NCBI GenBank assembly: GCA_032718475.1
Contig: JAUCBJ010002368.1
Location: 1 to 49,093, forward strand
Source: Nemertoderma westbladi
Taxonomy: Eukaryota > Animalia > Xenacoelomorpha
Length of the DNA stretch: 49,093 nt
Direction: 5' to 3'
Position numbers and translations under genes: made by a program. Shown piece by piece: positions 1-13,041 of the stretch (position 1 is the stretch's first letter; the number at the start of each line of letters is the position of its first letter). The notes beneath the pieces were generated by a model. The model was not told where the DNA came from, ran no database searches, and worked only from the letters and a program-made list of their open reading frames with translations.

Positions 1-49
1 GAGGAGAAGGTTAGAGGGGCTTAGCCCTAATAGTGAAGGAGCCCAGCGC

Positions 50-3000
50 GTGTTGGATGCAATTGATGTGGCTAGGTTAGCGGCGAATCAAGCTAAATTC
101 GATGAACAACTCCGCATCGCTAGAGACCAAGAAGAAAGGGTGAAGAAAAAACGTATAGAAGATAGAAAGACAGCAGCAGCGGCAGTGGCAGCGGCAGAAG
201 CGGAAAGAAAGGTGGCAGCAGCAGAAGCGGAAAGAAAGGCGGCCGAAGCGGAAAGAAAAATAGCAGTGGCAGAAGCAGAACGGAGGGCATCTGAAGAGAC
301 AACCCAACTAGAGTTGGAAAATCTTCAAGAGAGACAAGACAACGTTAATAAACAGTTAACAGCTAGTAATATGCAGATGATGAATAGATCTACTCCCAAA
401 AGACAGGGTTATACATCATCTGAGGAAGGCGATACCACCGACACTGAAGGCAAAGGAAATAGATCTCACCTAAGCCGACGTAAAAGAACATTCCACCGTC
501 AGAAATTGCCTGATTTGCCTCCAGCTGTTAGAAGGCAACTAAATAACACCAACTTAGGTAGTACAGAACCCACAGACCAAATAATTACAATAGAGATACT
601 CCCTACTATAGTAGATGAGCCTGAAATAGTTAGGCCTGTTCCCGAAGCCACCTTTTCGGTCGTAGAGACACCTGTACTCCCTGAACCTACCTCTCAATTC
701 CCGTTGCACAGCACTAAGCTACCTGTGCCCAGCAGAACAGTCCGTGAGACAGTTCATGCCCTGGACTCCGAGCGAAATATTCATGATTTGTCGCCCGTTG
801 TCCCTCGTCCGCCCGCTACAACGTTGGCGGATCCCGTTTCGGCGGTTGATTGGGTGGACGAGAGACGGCGGGGGATGGACATTCTCCTCGAAAAGATGGA
901 GGAGAATCGAGAACGCTCCTCCCAACAGGTCCGAGAGTTAGAAGGAACTGTTCAACAGTTAAAGGGAACCGTAAAGGAAAGTAGGTTAGAGTTGCAAGAA
1001 GTACAGCAAAATATCGCGCTAGAACGTGATAAATTAGTAAATTTACAAAAGGGTATACCGCCACCCCTTGTAACAATGTGTCAACCTGTTAGGTCTGAAG
1101 TATCTCATGCGCAAGGTGTGGAGCCTACACGCATCTATACTGCTAGCGAAGTAGAAACTCCTATAGTGAACCCTATTAAGGGTAATTATAGACCTGTTGA
1201 TAATGATATTCCCTATAGACCGGATCATAATCCGAGAAATTTATATACCGATAACTCGATATTAAATAACACGATGGCCCAAGAAAGTTTTACGCGTCAA
1301 ATGGCTAGAACCGAAGCCCGGCAAGCGGTAAAGGTGGGAGAGATCGTCAAGTTCAATGGAGATGAGATGAAATGGTTACCTTTTAATGAATATTATAAAG
1401 ATAACATACAGAACTCTGTGCTATCTAATGGAGAGAAACTTAGATTCCTCATCGAGTGCTTGGAAGGATCTCCCAAGTTAATGGCGTTAAAGTTTATTGG
1501 ACATCCTGACGGATTAAGACAAGTTTGGGATACACTAAACATCAGGTATGGTAATAGGAATAACATAGCTGGTTATTTGTATGCAAAGTTGGTAGCGCCC
1601 CGAAAGTTTATTAGCAGCGGAATTATAGAGTTTTCCGATGAGATTCAGGAGATCTGCAGACAATTAGATTGGCTAGGTAAGTCTCATGAGTATCAGAATA
1701 CTATGGTTATTAGAGCAGTGGCTTCTACTTTACCGAAGGGTGGAGTAGGTACACGCTGGGATAAGAAAGTGTTATATATGATGGAACAACAACGACGAGA
1801 CCCTACCATGGCTGATCTCATGTCATTCCTAGATGGAGAAGTGAAATTACAGCTCCTGAAACTGTCCAGAGAGAAGACACCGGAAAACAAGGTAAGTGAA
1901 AAACCCGTCTCTAGGAGAAAGGTAACACCAGTGTGTTATACAGATGATGGCGAAAGCCAGACTTCTCAAGGAGAAGATAGCGGGAAAGACACTGACAAAT
2001 CTTATAACGTAAATAAAATGCCTAAAGATCAGGTAAGTAAATTCAAGTCTCGAACAAATGACAGGAGAGAACAGGTAAGAAAAACTCCTCCTACGTCTCC
2101 CAAGAGAATTCAGGTGAGAAAGCCCGAAGAAAGGACAAGTGTACACAATGTTACTCAGAGTAAGGTAAGTAACATCAAACCGAAATGTGCGCTATGTGAT
2201 GGGACCCATCGCTTAAATATGTGTGATGAATTTCTAAAGAAATCATTAACTGAGAGACGTGAAGTCATGTGGGACAAGCGGTTGTGCTATAATTGCCTCA
2301 GACAAGGACACCAACGGCGAACCTGTTACTCTGACACAAGATGTGCTAAGTGCGGTGCGAAACATCATATCTTGTTGCACACTGAATTCGAGAGAAATAG
2401 TCCGAGTCAGGTAAGTGATTCCGAACTACATGTCCAATTCAGTGATGTGAACGACACTGATCAATCAGAGATGGAAGGATTCTATACGGACGAGTTCTCC
2501 GACGAAAACGAATCCTGTTACATGATAAATACCACAGTGTATCGAGCACTCATCTATGAAAAAGATACAGACATTGACCTCGCTCTAACCACTTCTGATC
2601 GACAACCATTTTGGAAAGCGCCAACTTCCAATGTAGGGATTAGAGAATTTCCTGTGGTACAGGTAAGGGTCCACGGACCGAAAAGGAGTTATGTAGTGAA
2701 CGCCCTCCTTGACTCCGGTAGTACAGGAACATTCATCGACAAAGAGCTAGCCGAAGACATATTTGATGGACAACCCAAGTTCCGAACTAAGCTAAACATG
2801 TCAGGAATTATGCAAGTTTGGAAATCCACAGTAACAGCGGATTATTATGTAGGTGCGTTGTCCACCCCCCAGGACGAACTAGGAGAACATAGCATAAGGT
2901 CAGTGAAAATGGTGGCTATAAAGAACTTCGCTACTACTCAAGCAGACCTTTATAATTGGGACGAGGATGAGAGCATCCAACATCTTAAGATACCTCGATT

Positions 3001-6000
3001 CCAGACAGATTATCCTGGAGTGCAAATACTCATCGGTCAAAATGCGCATGAAGCGCTCGAGACATTAGAGAAACGACCTGCTCAACCGCAACCTCTACAA
3101 GTTTATGCGGGAAGAACTAGAGTAGGTTGGTACTTTACTGGCCCTTCCCGTAGAACTCTAATGGAAAGATTACCTAAAGAGCAGGTATATCAAGCGCGAG
3201 AATGGGAAGTTGAGAACAGTGAGTTCGACGATCCAACTGAGGGAACTCCATACTCCTCAGACAACGATGATATACATCAACTCTTTGATGAGGAGAATGC
3301 CATCGATCTCCTTAAGGAAAGCGAGACTTGGCAAAATCAAGTGAACTTATGTCAACTCCTTCACCCATCTGAGCGAGACGACTATAACGACGAGCTTAAT
3401 GACGTCATTGAACGTTATAATGCCAAGACTCGGGATGAACATGCCGTGAGATTCTTTACTCAAGAGGTCGTAGAGCCCAACTCCTACGATAAGGCCCTAT
3501 CGGTGGAGGAAGAAAGAGCCAAGCAGATCCAAGCGACAACTACTCGTTTTCTTAAAGATCAAGGTAGGTATGAGATCGGACTTCCTTTCCGAAAGCGAGA
3601 ACCAAAGTTTATTAACAACAGACCTTTGGCGGAGAAAAGAATTGCTCAACTACATCGACGCCTTACGGCAAATTCTTCAGCTAAAGAAATGTATAAAACA
3701 CAGTTGAAGAAGTTCATTAGCAAGGGATATGCGGAGCTAGTACCGGAAGAAACCCCTATAACTGAGAGAACGTATTATTTAACTCACCATTACGTTCCCA
3801 AACCCGGTAAACCCCATGAAGTACGAGTGGTGTTTGACGGTTCCGCCCTTTATTTGGGCCAATCTCTTAATTCTGAATTGTTACCCGGACCCAACTTACT
3901 TCAATCCTTGTTGGGAATACTTTTAAGACTAAGACAATATTCCATTGCTTTCGCCTCAGATATAGAAGGCATGTTCTTACAAGTCAAAGCGCTGGATAGG
4001 GATCGAGATAGCCTACGATTTTTGTGGTGGCCTGAAGGAGACCTCAATAAGAAACCTGTGGAATACTGGATGACCATCCAAGCTTTTGGGATAATCTCGA
4101 GCCCTTCAAACGCCTGTTCCGTGGTACGCACCACTGCGGATGACAACCGAGACGCCTTCTCTAAAGAAGTGATCGACAATATTAAACGAGACATCTACAT
4201 GGACGATAATCTGAAGTCCCTTCCATCAGTCGAAGAAGCCATTGAGGTCGCTAAAGGAACGGTAGAATGCTTAAAGAAAGGTGGATTTCGATTAACTAAA
4301 TTCACCAGCAACTCCCGTGAGTTTCTGGAGTCGATCCCGGTAGAAGATCGAGGAACAAAAGACCTAGATCTAATAAAGGATGATCTCCCAGAAACTAAGA
4401 CCCTTGGTTTGAAATGGGACACAGAAAGAGATATCCTGTTTTTCCAACTAAAACAGCGAGATAATCCAGTTCGGACTAAACGGATATGTTTAAGTAACCT
4501 GAGCACTTATTTCGATCCATTGGGATTTATTAGCCCAGTAATATTGATTGCTCGGAGTCTAGTACAACAAATGTGGCTTGAAAACCACTCATGGGACGAT
4601 CCACTTAAGGGAGAATTATTAAAGAAGTGGATGAAATGGGAAGATTCTCTACCAGCCATCGAAAACTTCATAATTTCCCGTTCATATTTTGGTCATGTTC
4701 TCCCTACGTATTCATATCAACTCCATGTGTTTGGAGACGCCAGCGATATGGGAATAGGTATAGTAGCCTACCTAAGGGTGGAAACTCCGGACGGAATTAA
4801 AGTCGCCTTGGTCACCTCTAAGGCATTAATAAACAACAAGTTGAAAGTTCCTCGAGCGGAGTTAAAAGCGGCTCTATACGCTACAGCCATCGGCCGGAAT
4901 GTAACAGAACAGATCGACTATCCCCTGGAGAAAACTGTCTATTGGACCGACGCTTTACTCGTGTTTGAGTACATAACCAATGAAGTCTGTCAGTTCAGCG
5001 TCTTCGTTACCAACAGAGTAGCTATTATACTCAGTCGCACGACGATGGATCAATGGAGACATTGCCCCGGAACGATTAATCCAGCGGACATCGCTTCCCG
5101 GGGAGCAACTCCACAAGAACTGGTAGATACTCCAGACTGGTTAGGTGGACCCGACTTCCTCTACAAAGAAGAAGAATAATGGCCTCCTCATCTTACTACA
5201 GCAGAAATTAGACAGGCCAAGGGAGCGGAGAAAGTCAAACCTAAAACTCAGGCGAGTAAATCGAAGTTATTCAAACCCACAGTAGATCTGTCTGTACTAC
5301 ATACTTCCGGAGACGACGCTTTGGATCAGAAACCCACAGACACAAATAAACTCGTTGTGGAAATCCGTGATAAGGATTGGAAATCTGGCATACCAGACAT
5401 CTCGCAAGGACTCTCACCTCTTCTGCAGAGAGCGATGCATCACTACAGTTCTTGGAATCGGCTTTGTAAGGCCGTTACATATTTAAAGAGATGTTTTCAC
5501 CATCACTACTCTGGGATGAAAACAAAGGGTGATACCGCTCCAATCACATCAGTGCAGGTCCATGTTATTAAAGATCTCCCCAAATATAAGGTACCCAACA
5601 AGTTTCTGAAGGAGAAGATCAGTTATCAGGAGCATGAAGAAACCAACAAACAGATGCTGAGACTCTTACAATGCGATGAAGATTCCGATAAGTATTTCCT
5701 GTTGTTGAGAAATCCACAGATGCGCTTAAGGGATCGTTTCTCTAGCACAATGATAGATGGGTTGATACGTGTTGGAGGAAGGTTAACAAATGCCCCATTA
5801 TCCTTTGATACTAAGTTCCCCATACTCATTAGAAATCTTGAAATACAAGTCAAGATGATTGTAGATGTTCACAGCAAACTTTATCATGCTGGCAGAGAAC
5901 GAGTTCTTAGCGAAATTCGAACTCGCTATTATTTTTATAAACCCCGTAGAGCTCTGAACCAAGTTCTTAGGAACTGTATACCCTGTAGGAAAGCATTCAG

Positions 6001-7081
6001 TAGGCCTTTAACACAGAGAGAGGCAGAATTACCTAGGGAACGAGTAAGCTTTTATGAACCACCCTTTACTAATACCGGTGTGGATTTATTTGGCCCTATT
6101 GAAGTATATCGTGCTAGGACTATAGTCAAGAGATGGTGTGTAATCTTTGTTTGTATGACTTGTAGAGCCATCCATCTCGATATGGTGAACGATTTATCTA
6201 CCAACAGCTTTCTATTAAGCTTACGACGACAGATCGCTCGCTTTGGCACTAGCAACACGATGAGATCTGATAAGGGAACAAACTTCATTGGTGCCAACAA
6301 TGAAATCAAAGCTTACGTCAAAGATTGGAACCAAAGACAGGTGGACGACCAACTACGAGTAACAGCGTCTAGTTGGACCTTCAACGCCGCCGACGCCCCT
6401 TGGTGGGGAGGAAGTTGGGAGAGATTAATAAGAAGCGTGAAGACAGCATTTCATTTTATAGTGCCTTGCCGCGCTTATCTCACCGACGAACTTTTGCGGA
6501 CGTTAATGGAAGAAATCGCCGCCTATCTCAACGAGAGACCGCTTATGCCAGTCTCATCGAGTCCCGATTCCCTGGAAGCGCTAACACCCGCGCACTTCCT
6601 ACTAAAGAAACCTGTAGCCATGCTCCCACAATCGGAAATCACAGACGGAGACGAATACTGCCGACAAACTTGGCAACTCATGCAGTTGTTATCCCGTCGT
6701 TTCGCTGACCATTTCGAAAAACATTATCTGCCCACGCTACAACTTCGAACTAAGTGGTTTGCGCAGCAAGAAAACGTCAGCGCTGGAGACATGGTGCTTA
6801 TTGTGGATGTGGATCTTCCACGTAAGCGGTGGCAGACAGGTCGTATCATCGAGACACACATCTCGGATGACGGTTTGGTGCGATCGGTAGAACTCGTCAT
6901 CATGCGACGTAACTTCAAGAAACCGGGAATTGTCTTCGAGACGCAGCAGCTCAATCGCCCGGTGGGACGTTTATGTTTACTGGAAAGAGACAGAGAACTC
7001 TCCGGAAACTATGGGAGACAAGATACTCTTCCCACGACCACCTCCCTAATCCAACAAACATCTAGGGACTCCCCAACTTAA
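50..7081 (+). pseudogene. BEL/Pao gag-pol polyprotein, N-terminus cut by the window edge, with one in-frame TAA at 5177-5179 upstream of integrase
   Basis: Three Gag Zn knuckles (CALCDGTHRLNMC, CYNCLRQGHQRRTC, CAKCGAKHHILLH), protease LLDSGS, RT YMDD, RNase H HVFGDAS..NPADIASRG, integrase HSKLYH..CIPC, GVDLFGP, SDKGTNF, GGSWERLI. ORFs 50-5179 and 5321-7081 share a frame; copy 2 has GAA at the same codon (48471-48473). Confidence 0.93.
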
Positions 7082-7635
7082 CAACGGCTGGAGTGGGTGT
7101 GTGACCATATTACTTTGTATTTGTATTAGTTTTATTTTTATATTTATGTATGTATTATTATGTAATTTTATTTTAATCGTTTTATTTAATTTTATTTAGT
7201 AGTATGGTATTTTAGAGATTATTTAGTAGATTAGTGCAATATATATGCGCGTTTATTATTTAATTACGTATATTATATATTTAGTGCGACGGCGAGAAAT
7301 AATTCTTTTTCTCTTTCCTTACTGCCCGTATTATATTATAAATACGTGACTACAGTAAGATGAAATATCCGTACTTATTAAAGTACAATAAAGCCACTAC
7401 TATATTTAAGTATTATTGGTAGGCAGAGTATTAGGAATGCAAAGTTCAGATCCTCGTGTCTCGGCTAAACCAAGCTCTGGGTAGACCTTGGAAACGACTT
7501 GCCTCTTCACACTGACATTGCTTCGTGCGATATTGCTCTCATACCGTATATTAAATAATACATATAGTAGCGTGATGTCCCTTTAACAGTAGCGTATAAC
7601 GCAAAATAAATCTGTTAAACCCTTTGACCATCTGT

Positions 7636-7910
7636 AATTCTAGTCGATTAAGATATCGCGGCACCCACCGATATACTTGAAAGACAAATTTCTAGAATCA
7701 ATGGTTAACGTCCCCAGACAAGTTCTGGAATAAACTGGTGCCCATCCTAAATATTAATTATTAATATTTACAAAAATCTGTCAAATATCAGATCCTTTAA
7801 AATTCTAGTCGATTAAGATATCGTAGCATTTACCGATACTCTTAAAAGACAAATTTCATAGAATTAAGGATCCTATGTCCCCAGACCTGCTCTGGAATCA
7901 AATTGTGTCA
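7636..7910. repeat. Two diverged direct copies (period 165 bp) of a hairpin-forming module in the pol-accessory spacer
   Basis: AATTCTAGTCGATTAAGATATCG at 7636 and 7801, each followed by CCGATA..AAAGACAAATTTC and GTCCCCAGAC..TCTGGAAT. Confidence 0.8.
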
Positions 7911-8724
7911 ATTTAACTATCAAATAATAAAATTTACGGGAATAAATTTAAATTCATATATTTAAATGAATTTAATAAATTGTCATTTTGTACAATTTAT
8001 AACATTCCCAAAATTCCATTAATTAATAGATCATGGGAGCGGAGATTCACTCTATTAAGTGTATTTGTGTGCGAGAATCTCCAATGTGTAGTCAATAGCC
8101 GATAAAATTCATAGAATCATGTATAAAGGGGATATTGACCATTAAAGAATTACTATTAAATAGCATCCCAGATCTGTATGCATGAGAATTACCCTAATTC
8201 TACCGCTAGCTTTCCATAATGTCACCATGGCAACAACCACGCTAGAATTAGAAGTGAGTTAAAAGAACAATAGAAAGCATGCCCCATTGAATAGCATAGG
8301 GAATAAATAGCGCACTGCTAGTATCCAAGGATACATAATAAATACAGTGACATTCTGGAAGGTACTGACTAACGGACAAATGGCCCGAATGTGTGCAGTT
8401 TGTTACAGTTGTGTTGAATTTGTGCGTTTGTAGGTGAATGTTACTACTAAGGTGTGTTTACAGTAGCAAGTCGCAATTGTGAAAGTAACCCTTACTCTCC
8501 AAGAAGAACCTGCAGTACATCTAAGCCTTTGGGACGGACAGTTAAGTGACTTGTGCCGGTTATCGTTGTCGTTGTGTAGCTACATCGTTGGCGAAAGCAC
8601 AGCGACGACGGTACATCGGCGCTGAGGATCTTACACTGTCCGGGGGCAAAAGAGGGGTAGGCAGCGACGCCCGCTAGCCTAATATATATAGACTCATTAT
8701 AATATTGATAAACTCATAGCAGAT

Positions 8725-9348
8725 ATGACTGAGTTGATAGAAGATGATCTTGGTATCAGGGAGAGATATACTCTACCTTTACAAGCGTTTGTCGATAGCT
8801 TGATACGCGGCGACGCTGGTACAACTACTACGGAGGATGATGGTCGTTATATCGAACCGCCGATGTCCCCGGAGCAACTTACGCGTGAATTGGACTATAG
8901 AAAGTTCACCGCTCGCTATACGCATCGCAATGGTACGTATATGGACTTCTTAACTACCGGCCACCCTATCGATTTACACGATACGGACGATGTGGATACC
9001 GAAAGGGAAATGGTTTTATTTAAATATCATACCCAACGGAATCGGAACGATAAGACAAGAATAGAACACGAGAACTCTATTCGAAACCGACTCGAAAGAG
9101 AAGACGTTGAAGAACCGGATAAACGTAACGACTTCAACGATTATCTGGAATTCTTGAGAGAAACATACCTCAATATTGCCAGTCAACAAAATCTCAAAAC
9201 TCGATATCCTCAAGGTATACATCATGACCCTATGATAGAACTCAAACGACTCTATTTCACTATGATGTATCTTACCGCCGATCGACCGCTACCTGTTGTC
9301 CCAGATAGCTTCAAACAGATGGAGGAATATTGTAAAACTGGAGAATGA
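8725..9348 (+). CDS. Accessory ORF of the BEL element, 207 aa, acidic/helical, function unknown
   Basis: ATG-initiated open frame between pol and the 3' LTR; the next ORF starts 24 nt after its stop; no recognisable motif. Confidence 0.6.
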   Translation: MTELIEDDLGIRERYTLPLQAFVDSLIRGDAGTTTTEDDGRYIEPPMSPEQLTRELDYRKFTARYTHRNGTYMDFLTTGHPIDLHDTDDVDTEREMVLFKYHTQRNRNDKTRIEHENSIRNRLEREDVEEPDKRNDFNDYLEFLRETYLNIASQQNLKTRYPQGIHHDPMIELKRLYFTMMYLTADRPLPVVPDSFKQMEEYCKTGE

Positions 9349-9372
9349 TCACCCGCGTTTCCTCTGCAGGAC

Positions 9373-12300
9373 ATGCGTCTTTGGTATTACTGTGACGAAT
9401 GCCCTAGACCCAATCAGCAAACGGAAAGACATAAACATCCGCGGAGACGTTGCGCTAAACACAGTTTTACACGATATACTTACGGGAGTTTCGAGCGAAA
9501 CCTGTTCGACGTGTCCCCTGCGGTCGCTCGACTCAAGCGATCCTTGAACAAACCGATGATCAGAGTTCCGGAATACTCGGTCAGACCTCCGCATTCCTCG
9601 GTTAGACCTCAAACTCTTGACCCTAATAGTATCACGGACCCTCCCGAACTGTACTCACTGTTCAAAGATCTAGTGTTACCCGAACAGTTGATCGGTGGCA
9701 CTCCGGTAGTAGTCTCACGAGACATTCGCCAACCCTACCTAGCTGGATTGGGACGTGGTCATCTAATATCGCCGTTTAACCCATACAACCGTCCCGGCTT
9801 CACCTCTATCCAACCCGTTACAGAAGTCGAAGAGAGCGTCGTACGAAACGCATTAGACGCTATTCGGCAGAAAATCGGAAAGGGAACGTACGATTGTTTG
9901 GAGAAGCGTAAATTGCAGCAACAAGTCCAAGCGGTGAAGGAATTAGCTTTACCCCAGTTCGATAGAGAAATACAAAATCTCGAGGAGGACATTGAACGTG
10001 GACGAACCTACTCTTTACAAGAGTTTCTAGATGAGCGTCTACAACAACAAGCGGAGGAGAATCAGCTCGAGGAGAGACATATAGAACTGGATGAGAGAGA
10101 AGAAGCGGCTTTAGCTCAACCAGAAGCGCAAATCCTTATGACGGATCTCTACTCTAAAACCATTCTTCATCCCTCGATGGTTCCCCATTTCGGAGACAAA
10201 CTTTTTGCGATGGCACAACCCCAACCGGTTGATATCAACCTAAGATCTCGCGATCTTATCGCCGACACTCCTCTGTTGCAGCGTCCGCCCATCGAACCCG
10301 CTCGTGTCGATGGTATACTCGTTGAACCTCCGGACAATAGAGCCGATCTTGTCCATCGCATGGTACACGATGTAAACATACGCGCTAGACCTTTACCGGA
10401 CTCGTTTTATGGGATCACCCTTATTACGTCAATCTAAAACAATATTACATGGTAAAACCGGAAGATCCTACACATAGTCTGAAGTTTCTACCGTTAATAA
10501 ATCCTCTCGATCTAGTCGAACTCGAACAACTGCAAAAACATCTGGATCAGTTAGTTAAAGTAAACTCGTTTCGAAAACCATATAACGTTTCCAGAATAGA
10601 GAAAGAAACAATACCTCCGTATAATCTTGATGGATTCATCAAAACTCGTTTAGTGCACTGGAATCTTGATGTGTTATTCGAGGAGGAAAGAATACAACGA
10701 TATGGAGATGTGGAAACATATACCACGCAATGTTTAAAGTATAAAGACCTGCCTAATGCTAGCGAATGTGCTACCTTGTGGCATCCTGTGGGAATGACAC
10801 TCGAAAACGCCACTAAAGAGTGGAACGAAACTCTTAACGTTATCGAGATGTATGGAGTTGTCACTTACGATAACGAAGGTAGCGTTCCGGTTGGAGAACT
10901 TGGAACTACGCGGATGATACACATACGAGGACTCGCTGGTTCTACCCACGTATTTACTCGAGCATGTTCCGACGTTATTGATTATTCTTTTGAAACTCTT
11001 ACTGAGACACAAAAGAAACTCCGACATGGACAATTTGAACTCGCGCAGCGTTACGTCACCGACACCGAGCGCAAGCCGGCCATGGGTATCGATGGATCGA
11101 TGTTACCCCAACCCGTGCTCGAGATGCTGTTTAACGAAGGAATCCTTAAAATCGGCTCAGCTGTTTATGGAGACCTACAGAACGACTTTCGGAATATGGA
11201 GAACATTCCATACCCCTTCGTTGATACTCAGCTGATTGCTCCTTGGGCAGAAGGCCGAGGTTTCTTCCCCACTACGTATGCGAATACACCCAGCGGAATT
11301 ACTAAAGTACAACGAACCTCCATCGGACATCTTGCCTTTCAAGAATACGGATAGAATTTCAAGGTTGGAAATCCTATAAATTACCAACAAGTATACGGAG
11401 ATCATTATTCTCGTTTATACTTTGATGGACCGTTGACCGCACCTGGCGCCGTGTATAGCTTTATGAGTGTTCCACTTCGTCCCTCCTTAGCTATATACAC
11501 GATTTTTGAAAAGGCAGCACTTGCCGGTTGGCTAGCCGATGTGTGCAGTCGTACCATACGCGCCCATCCCTTAATACTTGGAACCAAACTCGCCAAGTTA
11601 GATGAACACAATAAGTTCATCCGCTTTGAATGTTTCAGGCGCTTTCTGACTCCGTTCCGTAACGTTGATAGTCAGTTCAAGGACCGCGCTCTGACCAAAC
11701 TCAGCCTGAGAGACTCAGCGGCGGAGAAGCTAAACAGCGCGGGATTTGCCCTTTTTCAGGACGTTTGTATACAGAACTTGCACTCATCTGTTATACAAAG
11801 ACCCCGAATACCCACGGGTTATTCTGTCGTCGAAGTTCAGACAGTGGGTCTGCTTGCTGAGACAGCCGCACCTACCTCAGCTATGCAATTGGAAGACGAA
11901 CCAATATGCTTAGAAGCTGAAGCGATTCAGCCTACAGCGCCCCGGAGCAGCGATAACGACTACGTCTTAGAGTGGTATCAAGGTCCACAATGTCTCACCG
12001 CATACGATTATCGACACGCTAACTATGTTTCTCGAAAACGTTGTCGATTATGCGCATCGAGAGACCATTTCACTCCTATGGACTCAGACGTACCCTGTTC
12101 CTATTTCCATGAACAACCAATGATGGAGATATATTGTGCGTATTGCAGACTTAATAACTCTCATATTTTTGCAGTCTGCCCCCAATTTATGACTCAATGC
12201 CACCACTGTCAACTTAAAGGACATGCCAGTTATAATTGCCCCTTTAATCACGATTTAGAGAGCGTAGATGAAATGATTACCCTGCGCTACATTCGAGCTT

Positions 12301-12971
12301 GGGAAGCGAACGCGGATTTACATTGTGAGTCCCGTCATCGATACTACCCTGGACGCTCTTACGAGGGAGTTTACGCGTTCCATCCTTATTTATTAGCGTC
12401 TGTGGAACAAAAAACACGCGTACCGAGTTACGAGCTAATGAAGCGTGTTGGTGAGTGTATTTCCACTAAATTTGTTAGAAGATACCTTAGGAACGTCAAT
12501 CCTAACGATATTACTTCATACCATTTGATCAATTATATCCGTCAAGACCCTGAGTATGGCGACTTATTTATCAACTCGCACCCTGAGTTACAGGAAGTAT
12601 CTCGACGGCCCTAGGAATATCGAGCCCGAGAACGCGAGCTGGAAAGAACTATTAAACCAAGGAAGTTTCTTACCACCCACGGTCCGCCTACCGCCATTGC
12701 CCAGACAACCCGTCAAGGACCCGTAGGAGCTGCTGTCCTGAGGCGCGCCCTAAAGGCTGTTAGACCTCGCTCCACGGAAGTTGATATCGATCAACCAGGT
12801 ACCTCGACCGGCGGATACACCGATCGCAATCCGAAACCTTCTGATGCAATTGTATTGCACCCTTCACCCAGGAGTTACAGCCCTCCTAGTAAAGTGGCTC
12901 GCCCCAAAGAGAAAAGGACTCTTACTAGCCTCAAAAAACTCCGTAAACGCCGTCCACGTAAGAAAGACTAA
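9373..12971 (+). pseudogene. Accessory gene: Cys/His N-terminus and coiled coil, DEDDy 3'-5' exonuclease-like domain, three Zn knuckles, basic NLS-like tail (~1200 aa if reconstructed)
   Basis: 10449-11354, 11433-12614 and 12615-12971 are one frame broken by TAG at 11352 and 12612. 9373-10437 may join by a 1-nt shift near 10405. Motifs: VVTYDNEG, LPQPVLEMLFNEGILKIGSAVYGD, FVDTQ, CRLC..H, CAYC..H..C, CHHCQLKGH..C, and C-terminal KKLRKRRPRKKD. Confidence 0.7.
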
Positions 12972-13041
12972 CTGTTTAGAGTATTTTTATATTTTAGAAA
13001 CTGTGATTTGTTATATTTTATAGACTTAAATCCCATTTTCT

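Noticed and set aside
5177-5179. Programmed readthrough between RNase H and integrase
   Set aside because: Copy 2 has GAA at this codon, so a nonsense mutation is the simpler reading.
7099-7700. 3' LTR starting right after pol
   Set aside because: This sequence is not found upstream of copy 2's gag, whereas 13050-14247 is.
8621-8660. Hammerhead ribozyme at CTGAGGA
   Set aside because: No stem II closed by GAAA follows.
8725-12971. env gene
   Set aside because: No signal peptide, TM anchor or fusion-protein pattern; the motifs point to a nuclease/Zn-knuckle protein.
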